A stretch of DNA of 64,000 nt from Eledone cirrhosa (taxonomy: Eukaryota). The notes under the pieces were generated by a model. That model saw only the letters and a list, made by a program, of their open reading frames with translations, was not told where the DNA came from and ran no database searches. The translations under genes and the position numbers were made by a program. The stretch is taken from contig OZ024740.1 of NCBI GenBank assembly GCA_964016885.1, positions 211,668,001-211,732,000 of the forward strand, written 5' to 3'. How positions within the stretch are numbered: the stretch's first letter is position 1; the number at the start of each line of letters is the position of its first letter. This document shows positions 26,554 to 39,204 of the stretch, piece after piece.

Positions 26554-29500
26554 ATGACCTCACTCAGAATAGGCAGCATAAATGCGCGTGGCTTGGGGTC
26601 GTCATGGAAGCAGGGCCACCTGCTCAACGACCTCAGGTCACTAAACATAGATGTAGTGGCCATCAGCGAGACCAGAATCTCCGAAGCACAGGCTTTCGCA
26701 CCGATCTTCGGCGGCTACGATGTGTACGCATCTCCCAGCCGTCCGGGATCGGGGGGAGGAGTTGCTGTGCTTTTTCGGAGAGGTTTGGATCTTGCCATAC
26801 GGGCCATCTTCCTGGACCCAGAAGGTAAGTTGGTGGTGATGGACGTGACCAGCGGAGACGGGCAAGCTTTCAGGTTAGTGGCCGTCTATGCCTCGACAGG
26901 AGCAGGGTGGCCTGATTTCTTCCGGCGTCTGGAGACCTTTCTTGGAACGTCCCGCTCTTTAGTGTTAGTGGGCGACTGGAACGGGATCTTAGATGCACGC
27001 TGGGATTGTGTGGGATTAGTGGATAGGGAAGGAGGGTGCAAGAGTCTCACCAACCTGCTCAGACGTTTTGAACTGTCTGACAGGTACCGAATGGATTTCC
27101 CGAATGTACCAATGTGGACTTGGACAAATCGCATAGGGTCATCCAGATCATATCTAGATAGAGTATTTTGTAGGGAAATAGATAGGTCCAGCATAGGCTG
27201 TCCACAATTCAAGATAGTCAGCTACACGGACCACAAATTCCTGATCTGTGTGCTTGACTTAGATAGGCTTCATAGACAAGGACCCGGCTACTGGAAGCTA
27301 AACGCGTCCTTACCAGCGCGCAAGGCCTACAGAGACCGGATTAGCGAACTAGTTAAGCGGGCGTTGACGGGGGCCATCGTCAACAACAAGTGGTGGTTTG
27401 CTCTGAAAAGAGCAATTAGAATACAGTCCATTAGGTTTAGTAAGACTTTAGCAATAGAGAAAAATAGAGCAGAGGGAGAATTAGTTAGAAAATTAGATGA
27501 GGCGCTTAGCAAAGGCATCGCGACCGACGTACTTGCGGCGAAATTGGCCCTTAACCAATTCTTCAATGCAGAGCACGAAGGCTGTGTTGTCAGAGCTAGG
27601 GTGCGTGCTCTCAGGCACAAGGGGACAAAAGCCGTTCAATGGGCCCGAGTGGTGGAGGCGCGTCGTGGCAACAAAGCCACGATCCGGTCTTTGGTGGACC
27701 ACGACGGGCGCATGCTACTCGATCCCGGGCAAATGTGTGAAGCTTTTCAGCGACACTTCGCTCAACTGTTCGGGGGCAGTGGCGGGCCGGATCGAGGGAT
27801 GGACTTTAGTGTCTACCTCGACGGACTGCCGCGGCTTTCGGCCACTGAGGCGGACTGTTGCGAAAAGCCGATAACAACCGCTGAAGTACGGGATGCAATG
27901 ACTAGTTGCACAAGGGGTAAATCGCCTGGTTTGGATGGTCTGCCCTATGAACTTTACGTACAAATGCCAAACTTGTTCGGAGGCCTCTTGGCGGACGTCT
28001 ACTGCAACTGGCAACAGAACGGGAGAATTCCCAGCTCTGTGAGCCGAGGAGCGGTGGCGCTGCTGAGAAAGGATCCGAACAAGGGGGATAACATAGATAA
28101 TTTTAGGCCCATAACTCTGCTAAACACAGAGTTCAAGATTTTGGCCAAGGTGCTAGCAAAGAGGTTGGCGCTTGTCGTTGGCGGTCTGGTGGGAGAGGCA
28201 CAGACATGCGCCATTCCCGACAGATCCATCCACGACAACCTCCACCTCATGCGATACATCGTAGAGAGGGTAGCTAGGGAACCTGGCACGGGTGGGTCTT
28301 TGATCAATTTAGATCAGTCGAAAGCCTTCGATAGGGTCGACCATCGTTACCTAGCGGCAGTCCTGAGGGCAGCTGGCTTTGGGCCCGTCTTCAGAGGCTG
28401 GATCGCTGCCATGCACAGCAACATCTGCTCTGTAGTGAAAGTGAACGGTCACCTTTCGGAACCGTTCAACATCATGCGCTCGGTCCGCCAAGGATGTCCC
28501 CTCTCGTCCCTATTGTACGTATTGACTCTCGAGCCATTACTGCACAAACTGGAGACGTTGAGGGGGGTCCCGCGCGAACTAGGATGCGGGAGATCCGTGT
28601 CAGCATATGCCGACGATGTCACCGTAGTGGTGTCGAACGCCAAACACATCGAGGCGATCGGCACTACACTAAAGGAATACGAAGCGGTGACAGGAGCAAT
28701 GATCAACCAGGAAAAGTCAGTGGGCCTGCAGCTCGGCACCTGGAGAGGCAGGTCCATGCCGTCCAACAGCGTCGTCGGGCGCTGGACGGACGGACCGGTT
28801 AAATTGCTAGGGTTCTGGTTCGGTCCGGACCTCCAGACGGACAAAAACTGGGACGAGGTGACGAGCAGGGTGGCTTCTCTCACCCAGAAATGGGCCGAGA
28901 GGAAGCTATCCCTGAAAGGTCGAGCGGAGGTGGCGAATGCGTACATCGCATCCGTCATCTACTACCGCCTGACCGTCGTACCTTGTCCTAAGCCCCGCCT
29001 GACTGCGCTGGAGCGTTTGCTCTTTCGCTTCATGTGGTAAGGATGCGCTCCGATGGTCAGGCGGTCCATCTGCTGTCAACACCCGCTACGTGGAGGCCTG
29101 GGCATGCCATGGCTGATGATGCGCAGACACGCGCTCAGGCTACGACATCTCCACCTCTTCCTCGACGGTGATCAGGTGTGGTCGCCGTTTGCTAGATGCG
29201 TTTTTCCCCAGCTCGTCTCCTTGACGGAGCTGCAGTCCTGGGTCAAGCGAAGACCGAGAGGGAGCGCTTGGAGACTGGAATGTCTTCAGGCGCTCACAGC
29301 CCTCGACCAATCGGGCAATGTGATCGGTGGAAACTCCACCTTGGCGTTCTATAGGGGATTAGTGGAGGGGAAGAGCGACGACGTACTTGGAGAAACTCTA
29401 GGCGTCGACGAAAATCAACTAGCCAATCTCTTCGGAAGGACTTTCGGGCCGGGGCCTATGGACAACTTCCAGAAATCCCTGGCCTGGCAGTGCTACCGAG

Positions 29501-30177
29501 GAGCTTTGCCAGTTCGGGATAAACTCTACAGGCATGGAGGTGCCGTCAGCCGGGCATGTCCGAGATGCGCGCAGGGCGACGAAACCGTCCTGCACGCACT
29601 CGTCCAGTGTCCGAGCATTGCTGACTTGTGGGTTTATGTCGAACACCTGCTGTCACGTGTAGGACGGATCCAGCTATCAGCTGAGTCCATCGTGAGGATT
29701 GCCCCGCCCCCTTCCTTTAGCCGGGAAGGGCAGGCAGTTTTTATCTGTCTGGTGGCCATGGCGAAAGAGATAGTATGGTGGACACGTTTGAAAGGGCTGA
29801 AGACGAGCACTTACCTCTTCGGTGATGCCCTGATTAACTTTTTCAAATTTCATTTGAAAAGGAAAATCAGGGTAGAGAGGGAAGTGCTCTCTTCCCAGCA
29901 TTTTGTTGAAAGATGGGTGAGAGAAGCAAGTATGGCCCGAATGAATGGGCCTTCTCTGAGTATGTGTCTGCAAATTAAAGGTGGAAAACTGGGAGAGGGC
30001 ACTTGCCCTGGTGGTCAGGGCCACTGTGGTCTTTTAATGGGCTTTCTCCACAAATGTCCCTCGGAAGTCTCCCCCCTATTGGGGAATTTTTCTTTGTTAT
30101 TTTATTTCATCCTCTGTTTTTTTTACACGCAGAAATGCCCATTTGTACCGTCCTGTATTGTCCTGTACTGTCCTTAA
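26554..30177 (+). pseudogene. Tx1 ORF2 (APE endonuclease, RT, CCHC) with one premature stop
   Basis: ISETR, GGGVA, VAVYA, GDWN, LDR, TDHK; QGCPLS, AYADD. The TAA at 29038-29040 is Lys (AAG) in sibling copies, and reading continues in frame to CPRCAQGDETVLHALVQC. Confidence 0.92.
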
Positions 30178-30216
30178 TGTCTACTTTATGTAAACCCTTG
30201 TGGTTAATAAAGAAAA

Positions 30217-30253
<37 letters not shown>

Positions 30254-30309
30254 TCAGGTAAGAATCAAGCATAAAGATTTGTTAAAAAGCGAAAGACAAT
30301 TTAGTGAAA

Positions 30310-30357
30310 ATGGAACCTAAACTGACATTTGGAATTGATGACAACCTAAACCTAGAG
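30310..30357 (+). CDS. CCDC13: Probable first coding exon of CCDC13 (MEPKLTFGIDDNLNLE)
   Basis: Acceptor TTTCAG at 30252-30257, ATG at 30310 after an in-frame TAA (30283), donor GTAATT at 30358. Phase 0 joins the next exon. Only weak similarity to the CCDC13 N-terminal region. Confidence 0.45.
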
Positions 30358-31143
30358 GTAATTCTTTGTTGTATTTGCATTTGACAAACACAGACATCTG
30401 TACAGAGCCATTGAGAGAAATTTTGTAAGGTGGAATAAGAGAGATTTTTGTAAAGTGGAATAAGAATGCTTTAGAGCCCTGGGAAGGTGGGGGTCTGCTC
30501 ACATTCAAGGGTGTTCAGAGGTGTTATTTTTCATGGAAAGGAGGGTGTCATATATTTCCAGACATTTCTTTGGTTCTCCAGGACCCAGACTAACGTATTT
30601 CCAGACATTTCTTTGACTCTCCAGGACCCAGACTAACGCACTGACTGAATTCCACTGTTACAGGTCTAACATCTTTGTGTATATTTTGGTTAGTTAATCC
30701 CATTCCATTTTAAAACATTCAGAACTTATCACAATAGCAGGAACAGGAACAGCAGAAAGAGTAGCTGTTGTTATTGTTGTTTCCCTCAAGGCATTGTGTA
30801 GACCTATAATCAAAATCATTCCAGCCTTGACCATCCTGTATTATTGGAGCCATCTAAGATTCCATTGTTTAACTATTTCTTTTACCATATTTCTAACAAA
30901 AGATACTGCTTATGATTTACAATTAATTTTGAAAATAATCAAGAATTTTGAAGTATTTAGTAATATATCTAACTTGCTTATTATTAAGCCTGTGTACCCC
31001 CAATGTCCCCATCTATTGTCTTGTCCGCTATATGTAGGCTCTTGTGGCCAATAAAGAAATTATTATTAAGCCTGTGTGATACAGATGGAGTGACAGAATT
31101 GTTTGAGTGTAGGAAAAAGTTTTTGCATTATTTAGTTATGACT

Positions 31144-31330
31144 AAGGGCGGTGGATTGGCAGTACCGGTAGAGGGTCGGACGCCATGATTTGACGCATAG
31201 TTACGGCCCTTGCCATTCTGAGTTCAAATCCCACCCAGGTTAACTTTGCCTTTCATCCTTACGGGGTCGATAAAATAAAGTACCAGTAATGTACTGGGTA
31301 ATTGCTGGTCTTGTGCCAAAAGTAGAAACA
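31144..31330 (+). mobile_element. Young tRNA-SINE with 17-bp target-site duplication
   Basis: TSD ATTATTTAGTTATGACT at 31127-31143 and 31331-31347. An older SINE follows at about 31350-31503. Confidence 0.9.
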
Positions 31331-31514
31331 ATTATTTAGTTATGACTCTCTATATTCTGAGTTCAAATCCAGTGAAGGTCAACTTTGCTTTTCATCCTTT
31401 GGGATTCAATAAAATAAAATACCAGTTAAGTACTGAGTCGATATAATCAAATTTCCTCCTCCCCTAAATTTCTAACCTTGTACCATTGTTAGAAAGAATT
31501 ATTAAGCTGGTATT

Positions 31515-31935
31515 TGGAACATAACTCAACAGTGGAGACTTCTGGTGTCTTTGGCCCTAAGACCACCTACCTGCTCACACCATCAACCCATAGTTGGCTA
31601 CCCGTAGCAGTGGAGACTTCTGGTATCCTTGACCCTAGGACCAACTCGCTACTCACCACCATCGGCACAGAGTTGGCTACCCATAGCAATGTAGTTTTCT
31701 GGTGTCGTTGGTCCTAGGACCAACTCCCTACTCACCAGCATTAGCACGTAGTTGGCTACCCACAGGTGGGAAGCTCACCAGCTGGAATGGCTGCTCTTCC
31801 AGTGCGTCTCCCTCACCATCCTCCTGGGAAATTCCTTCTCTATTTTGTCCACGGGGCTGCAGGGTGGCCTGTGCATGGGCCTCCATTTGCTTATATTAGT
31901 GAGAGATGGGGAGAGCAAGAGAGATGGAGGCAGTG
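31515..31935 (+). mobile_element. CRE-like 3' remnant with an internally triplicated ~78-bp segment
   Basis: AVETSGILDPRTNSLLTTIGTELATH (three imperfect copies), then HQLEWLLFQCVSLTILLGNSFSILS and a 3' end GTGAGAGATGGGGAGAGCAAGAGAGATGGAGGCAGT. Confidence 0.7.
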
Positions 31936-32244
31936 ACTATACCAGCATTGCTGAAGTATTTTGTAGATTTAAAGGTTAAGTAATTTTACACTAACAGTAA
32001 CGACAGTAGTTCTTTAACTATCTCTATATGTGGAATCAGATCAAAGCACTCAACAAAAGCTCATACATAAAATTATCATAGAAGGTTTTTAGATAAAAAT
32101 AAACATTCATCTGAGATTTTTTAATATACACTGTGTTGTTATATATAATATACACTATGTTATATATAATATACACTGTGTTGTACATTACTAGTTATAT
32201 ATAATATATGTTATATATAGTTGTTATATATAATTATTTTGAAG

Positions 32245-32316
32245 GTCGTTGATGTGACAAAAATCTGTGTATCCAGTGCTACTGACTCTCTTTTACTGAA
32301 CAAGAATCGAATACGA
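32245..32316 (+). CDS. CCDC13: CCDC13 exon (VVDVTKICVSSATDSLLLNKNRIR)
   Basis: TTTTGAAG acceptor, GTAAGT donor, 72 nt, phase 0/0. Joins to give ..RIR-GLKDENGR. Confidence 0.6.
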
Positions 32317-32346
32317 GTAAGTATTTGCATATATTACTTTGTTACA

Positions 32347-32767
32347 TACTCTTGGGTCTCAATTAATCGTTCCCCTACCCTTATTCATTTTCAGATCCGC
32401 CCCCTACCTCGCCCCACTCTTTTATTCCACCCCATTCCCACCTACCCCTTATTATATTTTGCTAATCTATCTCCGGTGAAATTATATTTTAAGTGGTAGC
32501 ATTCCTGTGACAATTAATTTTCTTTAGACATTAAAAAACATATGACATGACAAAGAGAAGTACATTACTAGAAATCTCATGTTATAATAAATAGGAAGGG
32601 TTGGGGTTTGAATATGTAAACTAAATGACTTATTCTGGTTTTTAAAAATATCAATGGAGAAAAATGACTGATTCCCCTCCACCTGTACACTTATTCCAAC
32701 TCCCATGCTTATTCCACCCAACCACAACTTATTCCAAGCCACCCCTATTATTTGGGACCCGAGAGTA
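32347..32767. mobile_element. Tc1/mariner-type MITE
   Basis: TIRs TACTCTTGGGTCTCAATTAAT / ATTATTTGGGACCCGAGAGTA with TA ends. Partial copies at about 10530, 39630-39875 and 63491-63735. Confidence 0.8.
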
Positions 32768-32992
32768 GATAAAAAAAACTTTTGATATACAAAGGAGAAG
32801 AAACAGCATTGTAAGGGGTGAGAATTTGCTTCAACTAGAAATAGAAACTGTATTGTGGGCTAAATGCTGCTGCTGCCGCTGCTGCTGCTACCATTGCTGT
32901 TGTTGCTGCTGCTGCTTCTTTTCTTCTTCTTCGTCTTCTTCTTCTTCTTCTTCGTCTTCTTCTTCTTCTTCTTCGTCTTCTTCTCATCATTT

Positions 32993-33520
32993 TAGTGATA
33001 TCAGTTGTGCATTCTTGCAGTCGTTTCCAGGAGTTAATCAAATTTTGTAGGGTTGGTCCCTCACTGTATTTAGCACATTCCTCCTCCATTTGTTGGTCAA
33101 TATCCTGATATTTTTGTTCATTGGAGGTAGCTCTTAATTTTAAGAGTTCTATTTCCATATTCATTTTGTTGAGTGACATTTGTTCGCGTAGTTTCCTTTG
33201 TTGTTCAGGCTCATTAGTTATGGGTTTTATTTGGAATTTATGGGGTAAGATTAGTGGTGTGGAGTTGATCCAGTTTTCATAGATTCCAGCTTTGTTCATA
33301 TTTTTCACCATATTCCAAAGAGTGAATTTTCTTATTTTCAATTGTTTTTTTTTTTCAAAAGTGTCAGATTTTGTTTTTAATTAAGGTGTTCACTCTAACA
33401 TAGTTGTATATATCAATAGGATAGATTAAGCATGGCACAGTTAAGATAAGACTGACATTTTTAATTTACAGGCACAATTATTTTTTTCCAGCTGAGTGGC
33501 TTTGAGTAACATGAAATAAT
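32993..33520 (-). repeat. Inverted duplicate of 44404-44925 (PLE 5' region plus flank)
   Basis: ORF 32835..33341 is nearly identical to 44583..44915 (RKFTLWNMVKNMNKAGIYENWINSTPLILPHKF..). Confidence 0.92.
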
Positions 33521-33709
33521 TGTTTCTACTTTTGGCACAAGGCCAGCTATTATTCCAGTGCATTACTGGTACTTTATTTTATCGACCCCGTAAGGATGAA
33601 AGGCAAAGTTAACCTCGGCGGGATTTGAACTCAGATCATAAAGGGAGGTAACTCTATGCTTCAAAGCATGGCGTCCGACCCTTACCGATACTGCCAATCC
33701 ACCGCCCTT
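33521..33709 (-). mobile_element. Young tRNA-SINE with 16-bp TSD
   Basis: TSD AGTAACATGAAATAAT at 33505-33520 and 33710-33725. The empty site is present in the duplicate at 44404-44419. Confidence 0.92.
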
Positions 33710-33749
33710 AGTAACATGAAATAATGTGTCTTGATTGTACCAGCTTAAT

Positions 33750-36700
33750 GAAACTTAGTCACGTATTATACACCTCACAATATGTTCTATCAACTATAAA
33801 CTTAGTCATGTATTACACACCTCACAATACTTTGTATCAACTATACTAATATAAACAGTCATGTATTACACACCTCACAATACTTTGTATCAACTATACT
33901 AATATAAACAGTCATGTATTACACACCTCACAATACTTTGTATTAACTATACTAATATAAACAGTCATGTATTACACACTTCACAATACTTTGTATCAAC
34001 TATACTAATATAAACAGTCATGTATTACACACCTCACAATACTTTGTATTAACTATACTAATATAAACAGTCATGTATTACACACCTCACAATACTTTGT
34101 ATTAACTATACTAATATAAACAGTCATGTATTACACATCTCACAATACTTTGTATTAACTATACTAATATAAACAGTCATGTATTACACACTTGACAATA
34201 CTTTGTATCAACTATACTAATATAAACAGTCATGTATTACACACCTCACAATACTTTGTATCAACTATACTAATATAAACAGTCATGTATTACACATCTC
34301 ACAATACTTTGTATTAACTATACTAATATAAACAGTCATGTATTACACACTTCACAATACTTTGTATTAACTATACTAATATAAACAGTCATGTATTACA
34401 CACCTCACAATACTTTGTATCAACTATACTAATATAAACAGTCATGTATTACACATCTCACAATACTTTGTATTAACTATACTAATATAAACAGTCATGT
34501 ATTACACACTTCACAATACTTTGTATTAACTATACTAATATAAACAGTCATGTATTACACACTTCACAATACTTTGTATCAACTATACTAATATAAACAG
34601 TCATGTATTACACACCTCACAATACTTTGTATCAACTATACTAATATAAACAGTCATGTATTACACACTTCACAATACTTTGTATTAACTATCCTAATAT
34701 AAACAGTCATGTATTACACACTTCACAATACTTTGTATCAACTATACTAATATAAACAGTCATGTATTACACACCTCACAATACTTTGTATCAACTATAC
34801 TAATATAAACAGTCATGTATTACACATCTCACAATACTTTGTATTAACTATACTAATATAAACAGTCATGTATTACACACTTCACAATACTTTGTATTAA
34901 CTATACTAATATAAACAGTCATGTATTACACATCTCACAATACTTTGTATTAACTATACTAATATAAACAGTCATGTATTACACACTTCACAATACTTTG
35001 TATCAACTATACTAATATAAACAGTCATGTATTACACACCTCACAATACTTTGTATTAACTATACTAATATAAACAGTCATGTATTACACACTTCACAAT
35101 ACTTTGTATCAACTATACTAATATAAACTTAGTCATGTATTACACACCTCACAATACTTTGTATTAACTATACTAATATAAACAGTCATGTATTACACAT
35201 CTCACAATACTTTGTATCAACTATACTAATATAAACAGTCATGTATTACACACCTCACAATACGTTCTATCAACTATACTAATATAAACTTAGTCATGTA
35301 TTACACACCTCACAATACTTTGTATCAACTATACTAATATAAACTTAGTCACGTATTACACACCTCACAATACGTTCTATCAACTATACTAATATAAACT
35401 TAGTCATGTATTAAACACCTCACAATACTTCCTAACACACCTCACAATACTTTGTATTAACTATACTAATATAAACAGTCATGTATTACACACCTCACAA
35501 TACTTTGTATCAACTATACTAATATAAACAGTCATGTATTACACACCTCACAATACTTTCTATCAACTATCATCATCATCATCATCAACATTTAATGTCC
35601 GTGTTCCACGCTTGCATGGGTTTGGACGGGGGTTTTCCCACTTGAGGCAAGAGTGATTGTCTTGCTCGCATAGGACTGTCTGGCAGGTTTTCTACAGCTG
35701 GATGCCCTTCCTAACACCAACCACATTTCCAGTGTGGGTCTGGGAGGTTTTTACCGTGTTGCCTACACGGCCACATTACAGCGTGGACTGTGTGTTTTTT
35801 TGTCGTGACACCTACACGATCTCATTTGTTTCGGCCTGGATGGTGTGGCACCAACATAACTTTACATAGAAGGGGGCGGTGTGGATGGGGTGGGGGTGTA
35901 TTTTGTTAGAGATGCCTACTGACTGTAGTAGGTTTTACTTTGTATTTAGGTAAGGCGGGTCTTCTCTATTACTGAGTACCGCCAAAGGTCTCGGTCCAGT
36001 GACACTGTCTTGGTGAGGTGTAAGTGTGTGAGGTCGGAGTTTATCAGCTCATCCCAGGTTTTTCTGGGTCTGCCTATTCCGTGGCTACCGTCTATCTTTA
36101 TTGCCCTGCACTTTGTTATACAGCTATTGTCCTTCATGCGCATCACGTGACCATACCAACGTAACCTTCTCTCGAGTAAACAACATCTGATCCCTCTTAT
36201 TTCTAATTTTTTCCTTAGTTCGTTTATGCTTTGTTGTTCACGTATATTACTATTACACATCCAGCGGAGCATGCAAGCTTCGTTTCTCTCTAGTCTGCTT
36301 ATATCCTCTGCACACAATGCCCAGGTCTCACTGCCATGCAACATTGCTGTTCGTATGCAGGCATCGTACAACCTGCCTTTCATTTTTAGGGAGAACCCTT
36401 TAGCGGCTAATAGTGGTATAAGCTCTCTGAACTTTTTCCACCCAGTTCTGACTCTAGCTACTGTACTTTCAGAGCACCCTCCCCCACTGCTGATTTTGTC
36501 ACCCAGGTAACGGAAGCTGTCCACTATTTCTATAGAACCCTCTGCGCAGTTGAAAGAGCTAGTATTTTGTGGGCACTTGCTGTTACTTATTGCCCCAGAA
36601 CACCGGCCACATGTAAAATCTATGTTCTTAGTTAGCTTACCTGTGATCCCACTACATCTTTTATGCACCCAAACTTTGCATTTGGGACACAAAATGGAAT

Positions 36701-36972
36701 TTCTACCTACGCCTTTCCTACACTCTGCGCATGGCCACTTCCCAGAGGGGACCGCCACTAATATAAACGTAGTTGTGTATTACACACCTCACAATACTTT
36801 GTATTAACTATACTAATATAAACAGTCATGTATTACACACTTCACAATACTTTGTATCACCTATACTAATATAAACGTAGTCGTGTATTACACACCTCAC
36901 AATACTTTGTATTAACTATACTAATATAAACGTAGTCGTGTATTACACACCTCACAATACTTTGTATCAACT
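33750..36972. repeat. 53-bp AT-rich minisatellite (about 38 units), interrupted by an RTE at 35571-36760
   Basis: Unit AACAGTCATGTATTACACACCTCACAATACTTTGTATCAACTATACTAATATA. A short inverted array lies at 43608-43845. Confidence 0.96.
35571..36760 (-). mobile_element. 5'-truncated RTE LINE with PHD finger
   Basis: ORF 35946..36758: CAEC..CPKCKVWVHKRC..CGRC, FRYLG, LHGSETW, RLRWYGHV, GRPRKTW. (GAT)n tail. Confidence 0.92.
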
Positions 36973-37040
36973 ATATCACTTTACTGTCAAATATATATTT
37001 CAGAGAAGCTTTATATGTTTACTCTGTCAGTAAAAAGAAA

Positions 37041-39033
37041 TCATCATGATCATCATCATTTTACGTCCACTTTTCCCTGCTTGCAAGGGTGCGATGGGAA
37101 CTGATTCTGGCTTGATTTCTACAGCTGGATGCCCTTCCTAACACCAACCTCATTTACAGTGAGTGGTGGGTGCTTTTTTTCCATGGCGCCTACACATCCA
37201 CTTTACAGTGTGGGCTGTGTGCTTTTTTGCCGTGGCTCCACCACGACCACTTTGCAGTGGGAGAGTGTGGGGGCATATTGCCTATATGCTTCAGCTTCGG
37301 CTTGTACCCGTGGGGGGTTGGGTCTTCTGTATTACTGTGTGACGCCAGAGGTCACGGTCGTGTGTCATCGCCTTTGAGAGGTGTAATTGGGTAAGGTCGG
37401 CTTTTATCACCTCATCCCAGGTCTTCTTGCATCTCCCCACTCCGCGGTTTCCATCGACTTCTAGTGCTCTGCACCTTTTTATGCAGCTGTCATCTTTCAT
37501 ACGCATCACATGTCCATACCAACGCAACCGCCTCTCCTGCACACAGCATTTGATTCCTCTTATGCTCAGTCTCTCTCTTAATTCATTTATGCTTTGCCAT
37601 TCGGGTATATTACTATTACACATCCATCGGAGCATGCAGGCTTAATTTCTTTCTAATCTACACAAGTCTTCCACAGTCAGTGCCCAGGTCTCACTACCAT
37701 GTAACATTGCTGTTCATATACATGCATCATACAGTCTGCCTTTCATTTTGAGGGAAAACCCTTTTGCAGCTAGCAGTGGCAGTAGATCCCTGAACTTCTT
37801 CCATCCCGTTCTTACCCTAGTTATTGTACTTTCCGAACACCCACATCCGCTGCTAATTCGGTCACCTAGGTAGCAGAAGCTGTCTACTGTTTCTACAGAG
37901 CCCTCCCAGAGATTGGTGGTACTTGTTTCCTGTGGCTGTTTGCTGCTTGCTGTCCCAGCACAGCTGCTACATGTGAAGCCTATATTTTTAATTAAACTTC
38001 CTGAGATCCCACTATATCTCTTGTGTACCCATTGTTTGCATTTGGAGCAGAGAATCGAGTTCCTACCTACACCTTTCCTACATACTGATCAAGGCCATTT
38101 CCCTGAGGGGATCTGGGTTCTGTTTTCTCGTCTACTTACAAGGACCTTAGTCTTTGTCAGGTTGACTTTGAGACCCTTTCTTTCTAGTCCCTGCTTCAAA
38201 GTTTGGAATTTCTTCTCTAGTTCTACCCTAGATTCAGCTATAAGTGCGAGGTCATCAGCATACAGGAGTTCCCATGGGCATCCGGTCTTAAACTCCTCCG
38301 TTATTGCCTGCAGGACTACGATGAACAGGAGAGGCCTAAGAACAGAGCCCTGGTGGACACCGACCTGTATGCTAAATTCCTCGCTATACTCATTGCTAAT
38401 CCTAACTTTGCTGACTGCTCTCCTATACATGGTTTGTACAGCTTTCACAAGCCATTCATCTTCTCCTAGTTTTCTAAGAGCCCACCAGATTATAGCACGG
38501 GGAACTCTGTCAAAGGCTTTCTCGAGATCGATGAATGCCAGGTAGAGTGGCTTACTTTTAGCTAGGTACTTTTCCTGTAACTGCCTCACAAGGAAAAGGG
38601 CATCAGTGGTGCCTCTTCCTGGCACAAACCCAAATTGCATCTCATCTAGTTTCACCCGGTCCCTAATCAACTGTGCTATAACTCTTTCTGTTACTTTCAT
38701 GACCTGGTCCATCAGCTTTATACCTCTATGCTTCCTCTATCTAGTGCATCACCTTTACCTTTGTAGCAGTTGACAATGATGCTACTGCATCAATCCTTTG
38801 GTATGAGTTCTTCTAGTATTACCTGGTTAACAATACGTGTGGTTATAGTGTGACCTACCGATCCAGATGCCTTCAGCATCTCGGCAGCTATATCCGATGG
38901 ACAGGTTGCCTTCCCCGTCTTCATATCTTTGATTGCCTTACTTACTACGCTGTTGCTGACTTGTACTGCCAGCCCCTCTATAGGGTCTACTTGGAGTAGG
39001 GTCTCTTCTTCCCATGCATTCTCCTCATTTAGT
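37041..39033 (-). mobile_element. RTE LINE (RT + PHD + C-terminus), 5'-truncated at (TA)n
   Basis: QFGFVPGRGTTDA, FIDLEKAFDRV, GVHQGSVL, LLYADD, PSGKWP, RLRWYGHV. Frameshifted. Confidence 0.92.
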
Positions 39034-39204
39034 AATATATATATATATATATACACTTAATCCTCCTCCCATCCCCAAACTGTACCAGAACCTCGGCTCT
39101 GATAATAAAATATTTTATGAACTATTCCCAGGCTTTCCTGATTGGCTGAGTATTGATTATGTAAGATAATCTGTGAATACATATATTTATTTCTTTGTTC
39201 TTAG

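Larger units (their letters stand above)
24288..30252 (+). mobile_element. Full-length (about 6 kb) Tx1/L1-clade LINE with a few inactivating lesions
   Basis: 5'UTR after (TAT)n, ORF1 with CCHC knuckle, ORF2 APE-RT-CCHC, AATAAA at about 30206 and an (ATT)n tail. Confidence 0.93.

Noticed and set aside
29038-29040. Programmed read-through in Tx1 ORF2
   Set aside because: Sibling copies have AAG (Lys) here, so it is a private nonsense mutation.
33750-35570. CRISPR-like regular repeat
   Set aside because: The units are contiguous with no unique spacers, the context is eukaryotic and there are no cas genes.
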